The notes under the pieces are model-generated. The model did not search any database, had not been told where the DNA came from, and worked only from the letters and a program-made list of their open reading frames with translations. This document shows positions 51,316-62,134 of a DNA stretch of 64,000 nucleotides, piece by piece. Source of the DNA: Anthoceros angustus (lineage: Eukaryota > Plantae > Anthocerotophyta); the NCBI GenBank assembly GCA_010909165.1, contig VJWM01000044.1:2294001-2358000 (forward strand), in the 5' to 3' direction. A program made the translations under genes and the position numbers. Position 1 is the first letter of the stretch. Every line of letters starts with the position of its first letter.

Positions 51316-52309
51316 GTCGGGAGGGTCTTCCCCGGAGTTGCCGGATCGGCAAGGAGCAAGGCGTCATCCCCTGCAAGTACGTGTTTGACAAACCTGGTGG
51401 TCGTTCTGTCCTCCTGAAGTGCCGTGGCTTATTTCGTCAAGGGACTTGGTGGTTGCAGACAGGTGGGGGAACATACTCTTCGGGTTCGTCCACAACCAGT
51501 GGCTTGAACATGGGGAGGAGCATGGATGCGCAAATGTGCTTCATGGTTCTGTGGGTGCATCTGTAGTCTGCTAGAATTTGGATCAGCGCACTCACATCCG
51601 GATTCTCCCTCTTTTACTTTTCGCTCCCACGGATTGTAGAGCGCCCAGCATTATGGAGCTGCCGCAGGGATCTGGAACACATGATCTGATTGTAAGGGCA
51701 TACCGGATGAAAATAAGGTCTGTGAACTCCCAGATGATTAGGGATCGCAGATCGATGAGATTCAGCATGTCCTGGAGTTCCAGGAGTGTGACCCGCTCAA
51801 GAATATTTGGAATTGTGGGAGGATTTGTTCTTTTATCAAAGTGCATTTCTACTTTGGTACAGAAACAACAGCACATCGCATGAAGTGATGAATTGTCGCA
51901 AAAGAGGTGGGAGGAGGGCTCTCATCAAACCTGGCTTGGTTTTGGAATCGAAGTCTGTCGTACCAGGCTACTGGATTCATGCTCTATTACCTCAAAATCC
52001 ACAGTGAAGGTGAAGAAACGTGAAGGTGAAGTGGAAATCTAAAGGTGAAGGGGAAATGCGAAGGGAGTGGAATGGGTATGAAGGGGAATGCAGGAGGGGC
52101 ACTTTTCTCCCTAGGACCAGCAAGTGAGTGCTCTCTCTTGAAGGAGCGGTTATCCCCGCAGAGGGCAATTTTAGATCCGTTGTTCACCAAGCCGACTCCT
52201 CATATCATTCTGACAACAGTACCTAGTCGTCCCTCAACCTGGTTTCCGGTATATGAGATTATACCTTTTTTGTAAACAAAATATTTTTCACGTGAAGCTC
52301 TTGTTTCAC

Positions 52310-53877
52310 CTAGTTGAGGAGTCGTGGTTCTGCTTGCGATGCTAGTTCTTTGGCCACCGAACTTGCTGAAAGATAGTCAGACAGCTTTTCACGTGCTTCG
52401 CCTTTCTTGAAGTCTTGAGCAGGTCGAGCCTGTTCAGCCTCCTGAGCCTGCTACATTGTTGCCGGCTCAGAATGGGTTCGGATTTCTCCGCAAATCTCAG
52501 TAATATAAACCGGGGCAGATCCTCACCTCCTGTAGTCGAGTTCGAGAACGTTGCAAGATCTCCTCAAAGCTCTTGTGCAGGAGCTGGGACTTCAATTGGA
52601 ACAGGGACTGAACTGCAAGGTGAAGACTTCCAGATTGAGAGACAAGGAAATAAATCTGGAAACTGATGCTTGGACGTTGTTTCCTCACCATGTCAGAGTT
52701 TCTAACCTGCATCCTGACCCAGGGACTTATCAATATTGAAGTTCAAACCAGAGTCTGTCAAGAAGCTTGCTGTTGGGGGATGACCAGGTGCCGAATCCAT
52801 CAGTGGATCGTCAGACAGTGTCCTTTCTAACTCTTCCATAAAAGTCTCATCAGCTGCAAGAACCGGATACTCGTATTTAGCCTCCGGACCTCCGTCAGAG
52901 TCCTCACCTCCAAGATCGGGATCGGACGGGCTGGGGTATACAAGCCATGGCTCAGTAGGAAGCAGTGGGAAGGTCATTGCGGACCCCAACCAAAGAGGGA
53001 GCTATCCTACCTCATCTTGGCAAACCGTTTCGAGTTTCCAACAGGAACTCCATCCACCTCTTTCAAGTCTGGAAGGCACTCAATCAGGGCGTCGAGGAGT
53101 GCATCCTGAACTCCCCAACAGGGATTATGAGCCACATTCAAAAATCTCAACGCCTTGGGAAGCTCCTCATCTGTAAGGTATTGAGGCATGGTGGGGGCAT
53201 CATCAGAAAGGCAACCAGCACGGTCCAGTTCAGGTGACCCTGGATCGGGTCTGTGGAATACTTGCCTACGGCCAAATGCTCAATCGCGTTGTCGGAAACG
53301 TCCAAAAACATGAGGTCCCGCAAGGCTCTCAGGCCCTCAATTGAACTAAGCTGATTCCCAGCAACCGTCAGGAACCGTAATTGCTTGGCCGCCTCAATCC
53401 CCCTCAAGCTCTTGAGCTGGTTCTGCAGGCCACAGCCTATCAACCAGGTGAGCTACAAATGCAACTCCGCCGTGCCGCAAAACAGACATTCCGGAGCCGG
53501 AGCGAGATATTCGAAGTAACCTGCTGCAAGTACAGGCTGGATAGGCGAGGAAGGAAAACAAACACTGCCGGCTCCAAAGCAACAATGCATTCCCTGTCTA
53601 GCCTAACTTGCGACAGCTGCTGTAAAGCCTTGTCTCTGAAGAAGCAGCACATAAATCACAAGCATGCCCGTGGTGCATGCCAGGAGGCACAACCCCACAT
53701 CCAGCACGAGCCTCCACCACATGCCAACAATGAGCACCAAGTGCACACGACCAGCACGAAGACAGACCTCTCAGCACTGTCAGCCCCGTGAGCCAGGGAC
53801 TCGGGAAGATTGCGCGACGCCACCTTAGCCTTCCAGAGCTCCAATGCCGCCTCTTCCACTGCCTCGGACTCTGCCAT
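52310..53877 (-). CDS. LRRC46: LRRC46-like leucine-rich repeat protein (cilia/sperm associated), multi-exon
   Basis: LSQVRLDRECI, LSSLYLQQ|NQL, LRFLTVAGNQL, LMFLDVSDNAI, ELPKALRFLNVAHNPC, CLPDLKEVDG; exons joined to a TAG at 52310. Confidence 0.72.
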
Positions 53878-54128
53878 TCCGCAACCTTCTACACCCAAGA
53901 CGCACACCCTCGCAACATCCTCTACCGCACCAGACCCATCACCACAGAACTGGGCTCTGGACTGCCCATCTCCGCAATGTACAAAGGGCGGGGCCCGAGC
54001 ACGCGATGCGCGCAAGATCCCGACATGCGGTTGGAGTTGGCATGCCCGATGGTTCGCCACCAGCGACCGGCACGATTCGCTCTAGCTTTCCTCCCTGGCC
54101 CAAAAACGCAGGCCGCACGACTCGGCTA

Positions 54129-56036
54129 ATGGCGCTAGCGGGGAACTCTCCCTCCCTGCTCTGCGCTGCAGCTTCACCTTCCGCTCCTGAATCCCATGCC
54201 TGCCCCCATTCCTCCCCTTCTTCCTCCCCAGGGCTGTACCCCGCGCAGAGCTCGTCCAGATCGTGCTTCGCGGGGGAGAGCTCGGGGAGGGTGCCCCTAG
54301 CCACCGGGTTCGCGCGCAACGAGCGCGGGCGGGAGGCGGTTGCAAGGCTAGGTTTTGGGGAGAGCGCAGGCGGGGGGAGGAGAATTCCAAGGGCTGGGGT
54401 GGGGAGGACTAAGGCGAGGGCGGCCATGGGGGTGGCGGAGGAGTCCGGCTTGGTGAATCCTCGGGAGGCATTCAACAGCCTGAAAGTGAAGCTCAAGGAG
54501 ATCGACGCATTGGAGGGGGTGAGCAATCTCCTGACATGGGACCAGGAGGTGTTCCTCCCGGCCAAAGGAGCCGAGGCCCGGGGGCTGCAGCAGGCAGCCG
54601 TGGCCAAGGCCCTGCATTCGCAGAGGATGGATCCCGAGATCGGGGACCTGCTGGAGGCGCTGCGGAAGGCCGGGGATTTGCAGGAGCAGGGGTTCTCGGC
54701 TTCCGAGGCTGCGGCGGTGAGGGAGGCGGCCCGGGACTATCACATTGCGGGGAGGATGCCTGCAGCTCTGGAGGAGCGGATTGCGGTGCTCAAGTGCCGG
54801 GGGGTGGAGGCCTGGAAGCAGGCCAGGAAGCTAGGGCAGTTCAGCCTGTTCGCCCCCGTGCTGGAGGAGTGGGTGGAGATCGTGAAGGAGGAGGCTGCTG
54901 CTGTGGCTCCCCCGGGGATGGATGTGTATGACTACTGCCTGGACAAGTTCGAGCGGGGGCTGACGAGGGAGAAGTTGGACAGTCTGTTCGGGGCCATCAA
55001 GGGGCCGCTGGTGTCGTTGATCCGGAGGATATCGGAGACGTCGTCCAGGCCGGACAGGAAGTTCCTGGAGTCGAATGACTTGTTCAACGGGAGGTTCTCG
55101 TTGGAGACGCAACGACGGCTGTCCAGGAGGCTTGTGGAGGAGATCGGGTTTGACTGGGAGAGGGGGCGGCTGGACGAGGGAGCACATCCCATGACCGTCT
55201 TCATCGCCAGCCCTGTGGATGTGAGGCTCACCACAAGGTACAGCGAGACTGACCTGGCTCCGGCTATACGATCCTCGCTGCACGAAGCTGGGCATGGGCT
55301 GTACGAGCAAGGGCGAGATCTGGTGGCATGTCGGGAAGGGCTGCCTGTGTCTAGGGCACCAGGGATGGGGCTCCATGAGAGCCAGTCTCTGCTGTGGGAG
55401 AGGATGGTGGGGATGAGCGAGGAATTCTGGGACCACTACTGGCCTGCTGTTCTCAGAAGCTTCTCTTCACTGCCCTCCAGCGAGCCCAAGCAGTTCTACA
55501 GAGTCATCAACGAGGTCCATCCGGGCTTGATCAGAGTGGAAGCTGATGAGATCTCGTACCCTCTGCACGTCTTGCTGCGGTATGAGATAGAGAAGGGGTT
55601 GCTGGACGGCAGCCTGGCCGTGGCAGACATCCCCCAGGTATGGAGCCAAAAGCTGGAAGAGTATCTGGGGATCACTCCCAGCAATGACTCAGAGGGCTGC
55701 CTCCAGGACGTGCACTGGGGAATCGGACTGCTGGGCTACTTCCCTACCTACACCATCGGAGCTGTGTACGCATCTCAGCTCTTCGAGGCAGCGGAGAGAG
55801 ATATCCCGGACTTGAGGAAGAACATCGGGGAGGGGAAGTTCTTACCCCTGAGAGAATGGTTGAGGCTTCACGTTCACTCTGTGGGTTCCTTGTATGAAAC
55901 ACCAGATGAGCTGGTTCAGAAAGTGACTGGCAAGCCTCTGGACCCTTCCTGTTTCCTCAGGTACCTGTCGCAAAAATATTCGGCACTATACGGGCTGTCA
56001 CCCCACCAGACTCCAGAACTTGTTTACACGTCGTAG
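54129..56036 (+). CDS. M32 metallocarboxypeptidase (carboxypeptidase Taq family) with a ~99-aa transit-peptide-like extension, intronless
   Basis: LLTWDQEV, GRLDEGAHPM, DVRLTTRY, LHEAGHGLYEQG (HEXXH), HESQSL, LIRVEADE, GCLQDVHW, GYFPTYTIG. Confidence 0.92.
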   Translation: MALAGNSPSLLCAAASPSAPESHACPHSSPSSSPGLYPAQSSSRSCFAGESSGRVPLATGFARNERGREAVARLGFGESAGGGRRIPRAGVGRTKARAAMGVAEESGLVNPREAFNSLKVKLKEIDALEGVSNLLTWDQEVFLPAKGAEARGLQQAAVAKALHSQRMDPEIGDLLEALRKAGDLQEQGFSASEAAAVREAARDYHIAGRMPAALEERIAVLKCRGVEAWKQARKLGQFSLFAPVLEEWVEIVKEEAAAVAPPGMDVYDYCLDKFERGLTREKLDSLFGAIKGPLVSLIRRISETSSRPDRKFLESNDLFNGRFSLETQRRLSRRLVEEIGFDWERGRLDEGAHPMTVFIASPVDVRLTTRYSETDLAPAIRSSLHEAGHGLYEQGRDLVACREGLPVSRAPGMGLHESQSLLWERMVGMSEEFWDHYWPAVLRSFSSLPSSEPKQFYRVINEVHPGLIRVEADEISYPLHVLLRYEIEKGLLDGSLAVADIPQVWSQKLEEYLGITPSNDSEGCLQDVHWGIGLLGYFPTYTIGAVYASQLFEAAERDIPDLRKNIGEGKFLPLREWLRLHVHSVGSLYETPDELVQKVTGKPLDPSCFLRYLSQKYSALYGLSPHQTPELVYTS

Positions 56037-56428
56037 TGAGGATGTGCCTCCTGCCCTGCTTTATGTTCAGAGAACAAGTGTAAGAAAAATTTGAACTGCA
56101 TGGATCTCCCCTTTCTTTCTTCGTGGGATAGTATCTCGAGATATCATACAACGGAGGTGAAGCAAATTTCTCCCCCGGGTTTATTTTGATTTATATTCTA
56201 AATAATAAATTTGAAAAGTAACATAAAATGACCACTCTGTGTTTCTATCTTGACCATTTGAAGACGTGATATATTTTTTATAATAATAATTAGATGTTAA
56301 AAATGTGAGATGGTATTTATTTTTTCTAGGTGATTTTATATACTCGATGATAACAAGTGATGTCATCTCCACGGTGCATTGAAGTGGCCCATTTGCATCC
56401 CTTTGACCTCGAGAGCCGCAACAAGAAC

Positions 56429-56720
56429 GGTTAGTGATTACTTAAGTGGAGATGGTGTCTCGAGCAGGGTCAGTAACCACCATGCCTGTCACCGAAGGTT
56501 AGTGATAACCTAAGCGGAGACCTTCGGTGATAACTAAGCGGAGATGGTGTCTCGAGTAACCACCATGCCAGTCACCGAAGGTTAGTGATAACCTAAGCGG
56601 AGATGGTGTCTCGAGCAGGGTCAATAACTACCACACCCGTCACCAAAGGTTAGTGATAACCTAAGCAAAGATGGTGTCTCGAGTAAGGTCAGTAACCACC
56701 ACGCCCGTCACCATCACCGA
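56429..56720. repeat. Tandem array of ~67-70-bp units inside an AT-rich block
   Basis: GGTTAGTGATAACCTAAGCGGAGATGGTGTCTCGAG...ACCACCA.GCC.GTCACC repeated about 4 times. Confidence 0.9.
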
Positions 56721-58008
56721 AACCTGGTCACCGCGGACAAAGTATAAGTCAATCCTGATTAAGCAACCTGTTCAAAGAATGTACCCTAGAACCTATTTTT
56801 AGTATCCTAGATCTAAATTAATATGAAGAAGTTAAGAAAACATAGTTACTATGAAACTAGAAATTTGAAAGATCAATAGGGGCATGCCCGCTTTCCGTTC
56901 CTTCTCTTTTTTTCTCACTATATTATATTACAAGCCTTTCACAAGCCTTCGAAAGGCTTAGCTTTGGATGCCACGTTCAATTTGCTCGAGGGCAACCAGC
57001 GCCCTTTCCCACGAACACTACTAAGTACAAATATCTTTCTATACCCGTACTGGGATTAGTTCAGGAAAATCAACAAGCAAACTACTTATCTATGGTCATA
57101 TGTTCCATCTATGTGCGGAACAAATCCTTCAAAGATAATAGTAATACATAGATGAATATTTGGGACATGAACAACAAAGAAAGGAACTCGCAAGAGTATT
57201 CCGAATGTCAATCACAAGGCATCTATGAGGGTCGTGTCAAACATGAGCAACAAAAGGCATCAACAAAAGGCAAAATAATAAGGTGGCACAATTCGAATAT
57301 CAACCACATTATACGGTCGATCATAAAACAAAATAATATTTTACTTTTCAGAAAATGACTATCAAAAATTAAAAAAAACTAGTAAAATTAAAAAACTTAA
57401 CTTAATTTACGCCGAAAAGTGTAACCCCTACGGTATACATGGATACACCTGGAGGTACGAGGTCAAACGAATCAGGCCGGGACACGTAAGCAGTCCAGGA
57501 ATAGGGAGGCATGCGAAGGGACCTGTAAAGTAGCCTGTGCCTGTGCCTCTGTCGCTCCAACGGACGGACAAGCTCGAACAATGTCTTATATTATAGAATA
57601 CGGACGACGTGTGAATCTGCAAACCGAGCAGACTAATGGCGTTCTGAACGACTCCATCTTCGAGAAAAGGTCCTTGCAAATGCCTCGACGGCAGGGTGTC
57701 TGATGCATCGTCCTCACTCCTGATCAATAGCCGTCAAACAGAATAAAACAAAAGAGCGTTCCAAGGTCCTGCAAGGGATGCTTCCCGGTGGGCCGGGGAC
57801 AGGGAGAAATGGGAACCATCTGTTGTCTGTGCTGCACGGACGACCCGGTCGCAACTCGCGAAGGCATTTGTGGCCCCGCTTCTTTCTCCACTAAACGGGG
57901 TTCCCGGCTGATGGAACGGGAATCCTACTCGGCCTTGATATGCGCCCATGCTGCTCTTGTGATTGGAACAGCTTCCTGTCGCGGGGAGCTTCGGCAGAGC
58001 AGGAAGCC

Positions 58009-59583
58009 ATGGCGTCGACGCCGGTGCTGCTGGTGCTGGGGGCGCTTCTGGCCGGGCTGGGGGCCTGGCTCGCGGAGGGGGCGCCTTTGGAGGCAGATTT
58101 CTCCACCTGCCGGCCCGTCACCGTCGATGTCGAGGAGGAGTACAACTGCTGCACTCTGTTCGAGCTCATCCACCAGCCTCCCGTGGTGAAGGACTACCAG
58201 ACGTACCTGAAGCAGACCAAATTTTCCAACGACAGGATCAAGGTCCGCCCCGCCGCCCACCTCGTCTCCGAGGAGTACGCCGAGAAGCTCAACCGAGCCT
58301 TCCAGCTGCTGCGAGAACTTCCCGCCGACGACCCCCGTTCCTGGATTCAGCAGTCCAATCTGCACTGCGTGTACGGCCACCCCTGGCTGCGGAACCAGAA
58401 GAACAGCACCGCGGACTACGGCATCCACAAGAACTGGCTCCTCATGCCCTTCCACCGCTGGTGGGTGGTGCAGTGTTTGCATGCTTCCGGTCTCGCATTC
58501 CGTATGGGTTGCTGCTGTTTTGGAGGGTTCGGTGATGGTGACGGTGTCGTTGTGGTGACAGGTATATGTACTTCTACGAGAGGATTCTGGGCACGCTGGT
58601 GGGCGATTTGGACTTCGCGCTTCCCTACTGGAACTGGGACAATCAGTCCCCTGACGAGCCCCTGGCCAACTGTGTGCCGGCCATTTTCAACGACCCTGTC
58701 AAGTATCCCGCGCTCTACGATGCCGTCAGAGATCCTGGGAACACCAAGGGGAAGAGCATCATCAACCTGAGCTACAAGACGTCCTTCGACATGCCCGTGG
58801 CAACAGGTGGGGTGGGCGGGCTCACTTCCTTCAGCTCCTTCAGGCAGGGGGTGATGCAAGTCTGTTGTGGATGGTGGGTGTTTGGGCCTGACGGTGCCTT
58901 GTTTCGGTTTGCAGATGACGAGATTCGGGAGCTGAACTCCGCGTTCCTGCACCAGATTCTGGTGCACGAGACCCGGGACGACAAGGACATCCTCTTCTCA
59001 TACCCGCAGAGGGCCGGGGAGGACACCCCTTACTACGCCGGCTACTTCGAGAGCGGGCCGCACGGGGCCATCCACTTCTGGTCCGGCGACAACAGTCTGT
59101 CGCACAAGGAAGACATGGGCTCCGCCTACACCGCGGCTCGGGACCCGGTGTTCTTCGGCCACCACGGGAATGTGGACCGCCTTTGGGACGTGTGGAGGGT
59201 AAGAGCATCGTTATCGGTTCTGGCCGGAATCGCAGCTCGACGCTGCCGGTTTCCTCACCAGGATTCTTCCGTTCTTGCAGAGCCTAGGGCGGGAGAATTA
59301 CGATGACCCCGACTGGTACAACGCCGAGTTTGTCCTCTACGACGAAATGGGAGAACTAGTGAAGGTGAAGGTGTCGGATTCGGTTGACAGCACCAAGCTT
59401 GGTTACGTCTACCAGGACGTGGGAAATGCGTGGTTGAACTACGACATGAGCAAGAACCCCAACCTGTCTCAGAGGGTGGTGAATATGATCCGCCACCAGG
59501 CCCAACAGCCCGGCCAGCCGCAGCCCAAACCACCCGGCATCAAAGAGACTGCGGACTTTGGGTTCGGCAGGGCTTTCGAATGA
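58009..59583 (+). CDS. PPO: Polyphenol oxidase with a secretory signal peptide, 4 exons (introns 58461-58561, 58807-58914, 59199-59280), no KFDV domain
   Basis: KVRPAAH, PADDPRSWIQQSNLHCVYG, IHKNW..PFHRW (CuA), FALPYWNWD, ESGPHGAIH, DPVFFGHHGNVDRLW (CuB), DPDWYNAEFVLYDE...LGYVY (DWL domain). Confidence 0.92.
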
Positions 59584-60429
59584 GCATAGCACCTGCGTGC
59601 CTGCGTAGCCCGCACATCTGAAGGCCTCAGAAGGGGTACAGCGCCGGCTAGAGAGATTCCCGGTTTGACTGTGCCTTCCCGCAATATCGCTTCCAGGCCA
59701 GATGGCTGCGGGCTGCTTGAAACGCTTGCAATTGAAAGTTGCAGGCTGTATGTACAATCATGTATTCTCTCATAAGAATTCGAGCGGAAGAGAAGTCTGA
59801 AGCTCTAGTTTGCGCGACATATAACACAGCCTCCCGACAATCTTCGATTCTCCCTCGAGAGTCCCTGCCTTCACTCCTCAGCTCTAACGGCGTTTTCAAG
59901 ACTGGCTCTGACAAATAGACAGTAGTTTCCTTTCACATAGGAAATACATATCTGAGTATGGACAAGGGGCATGCGTAGATCTGACTGATGGAGACCACTG
60001 CCAGCACACCTCCTGCCTCCGTTATACGGAAGTGACATGCCGGACCCACGCTGACCTAAAGATATCTAAAAGCTTTCTTCGCTTGGAAGTAGACTACACT
60101 ATTTCCTGAGGGCCTATCGCATGGGTCTTCCAGAGGGCGGAGCTTGTGCACAGTCAAGATGATGAAGGATATAGACCGGCTGACGCTTTCCTTGTCTGCA
60201 TTCGGAGTTGGAAATATCTAGAACTGTAGATGGAGGGAATGAAAGGAAAGTTGGGGGGCAAGTTTTCAACTTTGCAGTTCAAGGCTACAGGGAGCTCAGG
60301 AAGCTACAGAGTACAGACGTCTCATGCACAACACATGTTATTAAAGCTTCCTTCATGAGAGACGACGCATGCGTATTGTGTGTCGCTGCTGCACTGTCAG
60401 GTGCATTCAGACTGTGAGGTGTCAGAATC

Positions 60430-61880
60430 AGCGATGGCCACTTCACCAACAGCACCACCAGGCATTATCAACACTGCATTGAGGCAGGAGTCTGATTGGA
60501 AGCCTATGCTGCAACGGAAGCGAGAAAAGACGAACAAAGCCCGAAATGCGAGGAAATGGCAGAAGCTGAACGTTCATAAGCTGACAATGAGATTCGCAAT
60601 CGAGGATATGTGGGAAGAGAAACCTCGCCAGAAGCTAAAAATAGACGAGGCTGTCCTTCCGAAGCGGGCTCCAGGTCTCCTCACCACTCCAACTCGCTTA
60701 TGAGTTATTACCCGATGGCCAACGCTGGGCCGTGCTATCAACAAGGCCACGTCATCGTCCTTAAAAAACCGGGTGGACCGGGAAAAAGCCCAGAAACGCG
60801 GCGCTTCGATGTGAATGGGGTCTCCCGGCCCTCGGCCTCGGGAGAAGAGCCCTAATTTGTGATTTGTGCAGGAAGCTGTGCTCACAACGAGGGTGGACAG
60901 GGACATGGCTAACAGATGTCGATCTTGCAGGTGCAAGGCGCGACACATCATGTGCTCGCGATGGACGAATGTGAGGCCTGATCACGCTACTCCTGCACCT
61001 CCCGCGCCCCTCGCTCCACTGTCCTGGAAGGTGCGAGAGGTGCGGGAGTAGTGTGATATGCCTTGCGTGGGCAGGCGGAGCATTATGCAGTTGCAAAGCA
61101 AGAGAGCCCTCTTGACCGGTTCTCCGTCATCTCCAGCGTCCGCCATGGCAAGTAAGCAGTCCGGAGCGCTGGCTGGGGAGCTGCTGTTTCCGACTGGCAA
61201 CGCAGGACACAGGCCTGTTGTTGACTGTCGAAGGCACTCACAGTGTTCCAGTATTTCGGGGGTTTTCCAGGAGAGTAGAACTGGAAAATGTAGTGACTCG
61301 TGTGTGATGGTAGGGGCAACCTTCCCAATATAGCACCCATTCCTGACATCCTGAACTTGTCCAGGCGTCCAGTCTGGCTGTGCTCGAACATATGGTGGAA
61401 TGCTGCTTTTCAAGGGATGGAATCTGGAAAGCTTTCACCCGGAATGGATACCGGATTTATCCACGGTCGTTGTCGGGTTATTTACTTCTCTACTTGTGGC
61501 CAGATTCCACACCGTTCACATGGGCTTTGCGGACGGGTTCAAGACTCCGAAGTTTTCCGGGCAGCGATTTGCCAAGCAAGTCATTAGGGGATATTCCTAC
61601 ATGGCCTCCTCACCACATATCATTGAGTTCCCTGCTGGCCTGTGTACAGCGCCAGCCTGTCGGTAATGCTTGCTGCAGGTGTCTGAGTATGCAGGTGTCT
61701 GAGTCTGAGACGTCTCCTTTCCCTGTGGTGTGGATCGAGCGGGGGGCGTGTTTTCAAGGAACTGTAAACAAAAGCAGCCGAAGGGACCATGTCATTCTGC
61801 AAGGGGTACAATTCGCTACTCCAGGAGGGCAGCGCTGCAAAGAGCCTGCTGGGCCGGGGCAGATGGAGGTGCTGACCTGC
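60430..61880 (+). pseudogene. Degenerate gene containing a frameshifted PHD finger
   Basis: CDLC (60858) / CRSC..HIMC / WK-CERC (61025-61043) form a C4HC3 pattern across two frameshifts; many stops nearby. Confidence 0.5.
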
Positions 61881-62134
61881 TGACCGGGAAGGGCATCATC
61901 TGAGAAGCTGTACCTAACCTATCTAGGCACCATATAAGAAGATATATGATACTTAAGAAGATATATGATACTCTTGGCTACGGCTGTACCTACAAAGTGC
62001 AGCTCTACATAGGAGAATTATGGACACCATTCCACAGCTAATGACAAGCAGCAAAATGATGCATAAATCATATATATAGGTAGTTAAAATGATGCATAAA
62101 TTATATATGTAGGTAGTTATGCATATATAATCAC

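Noticed and set aside
53844-54128. Upstream ATG giving a 730-aa M32 protein
   Set aside because: It overlaps the LRRC46 start on the opposite strand; 54129 gives a more plausible leader.
27991-59583. Dirigent plus PPO as a biosynthetic gene cluster
   Set aside because: About 30 kb apart with unrelated genes between, and the dirigent copy carries a stop.
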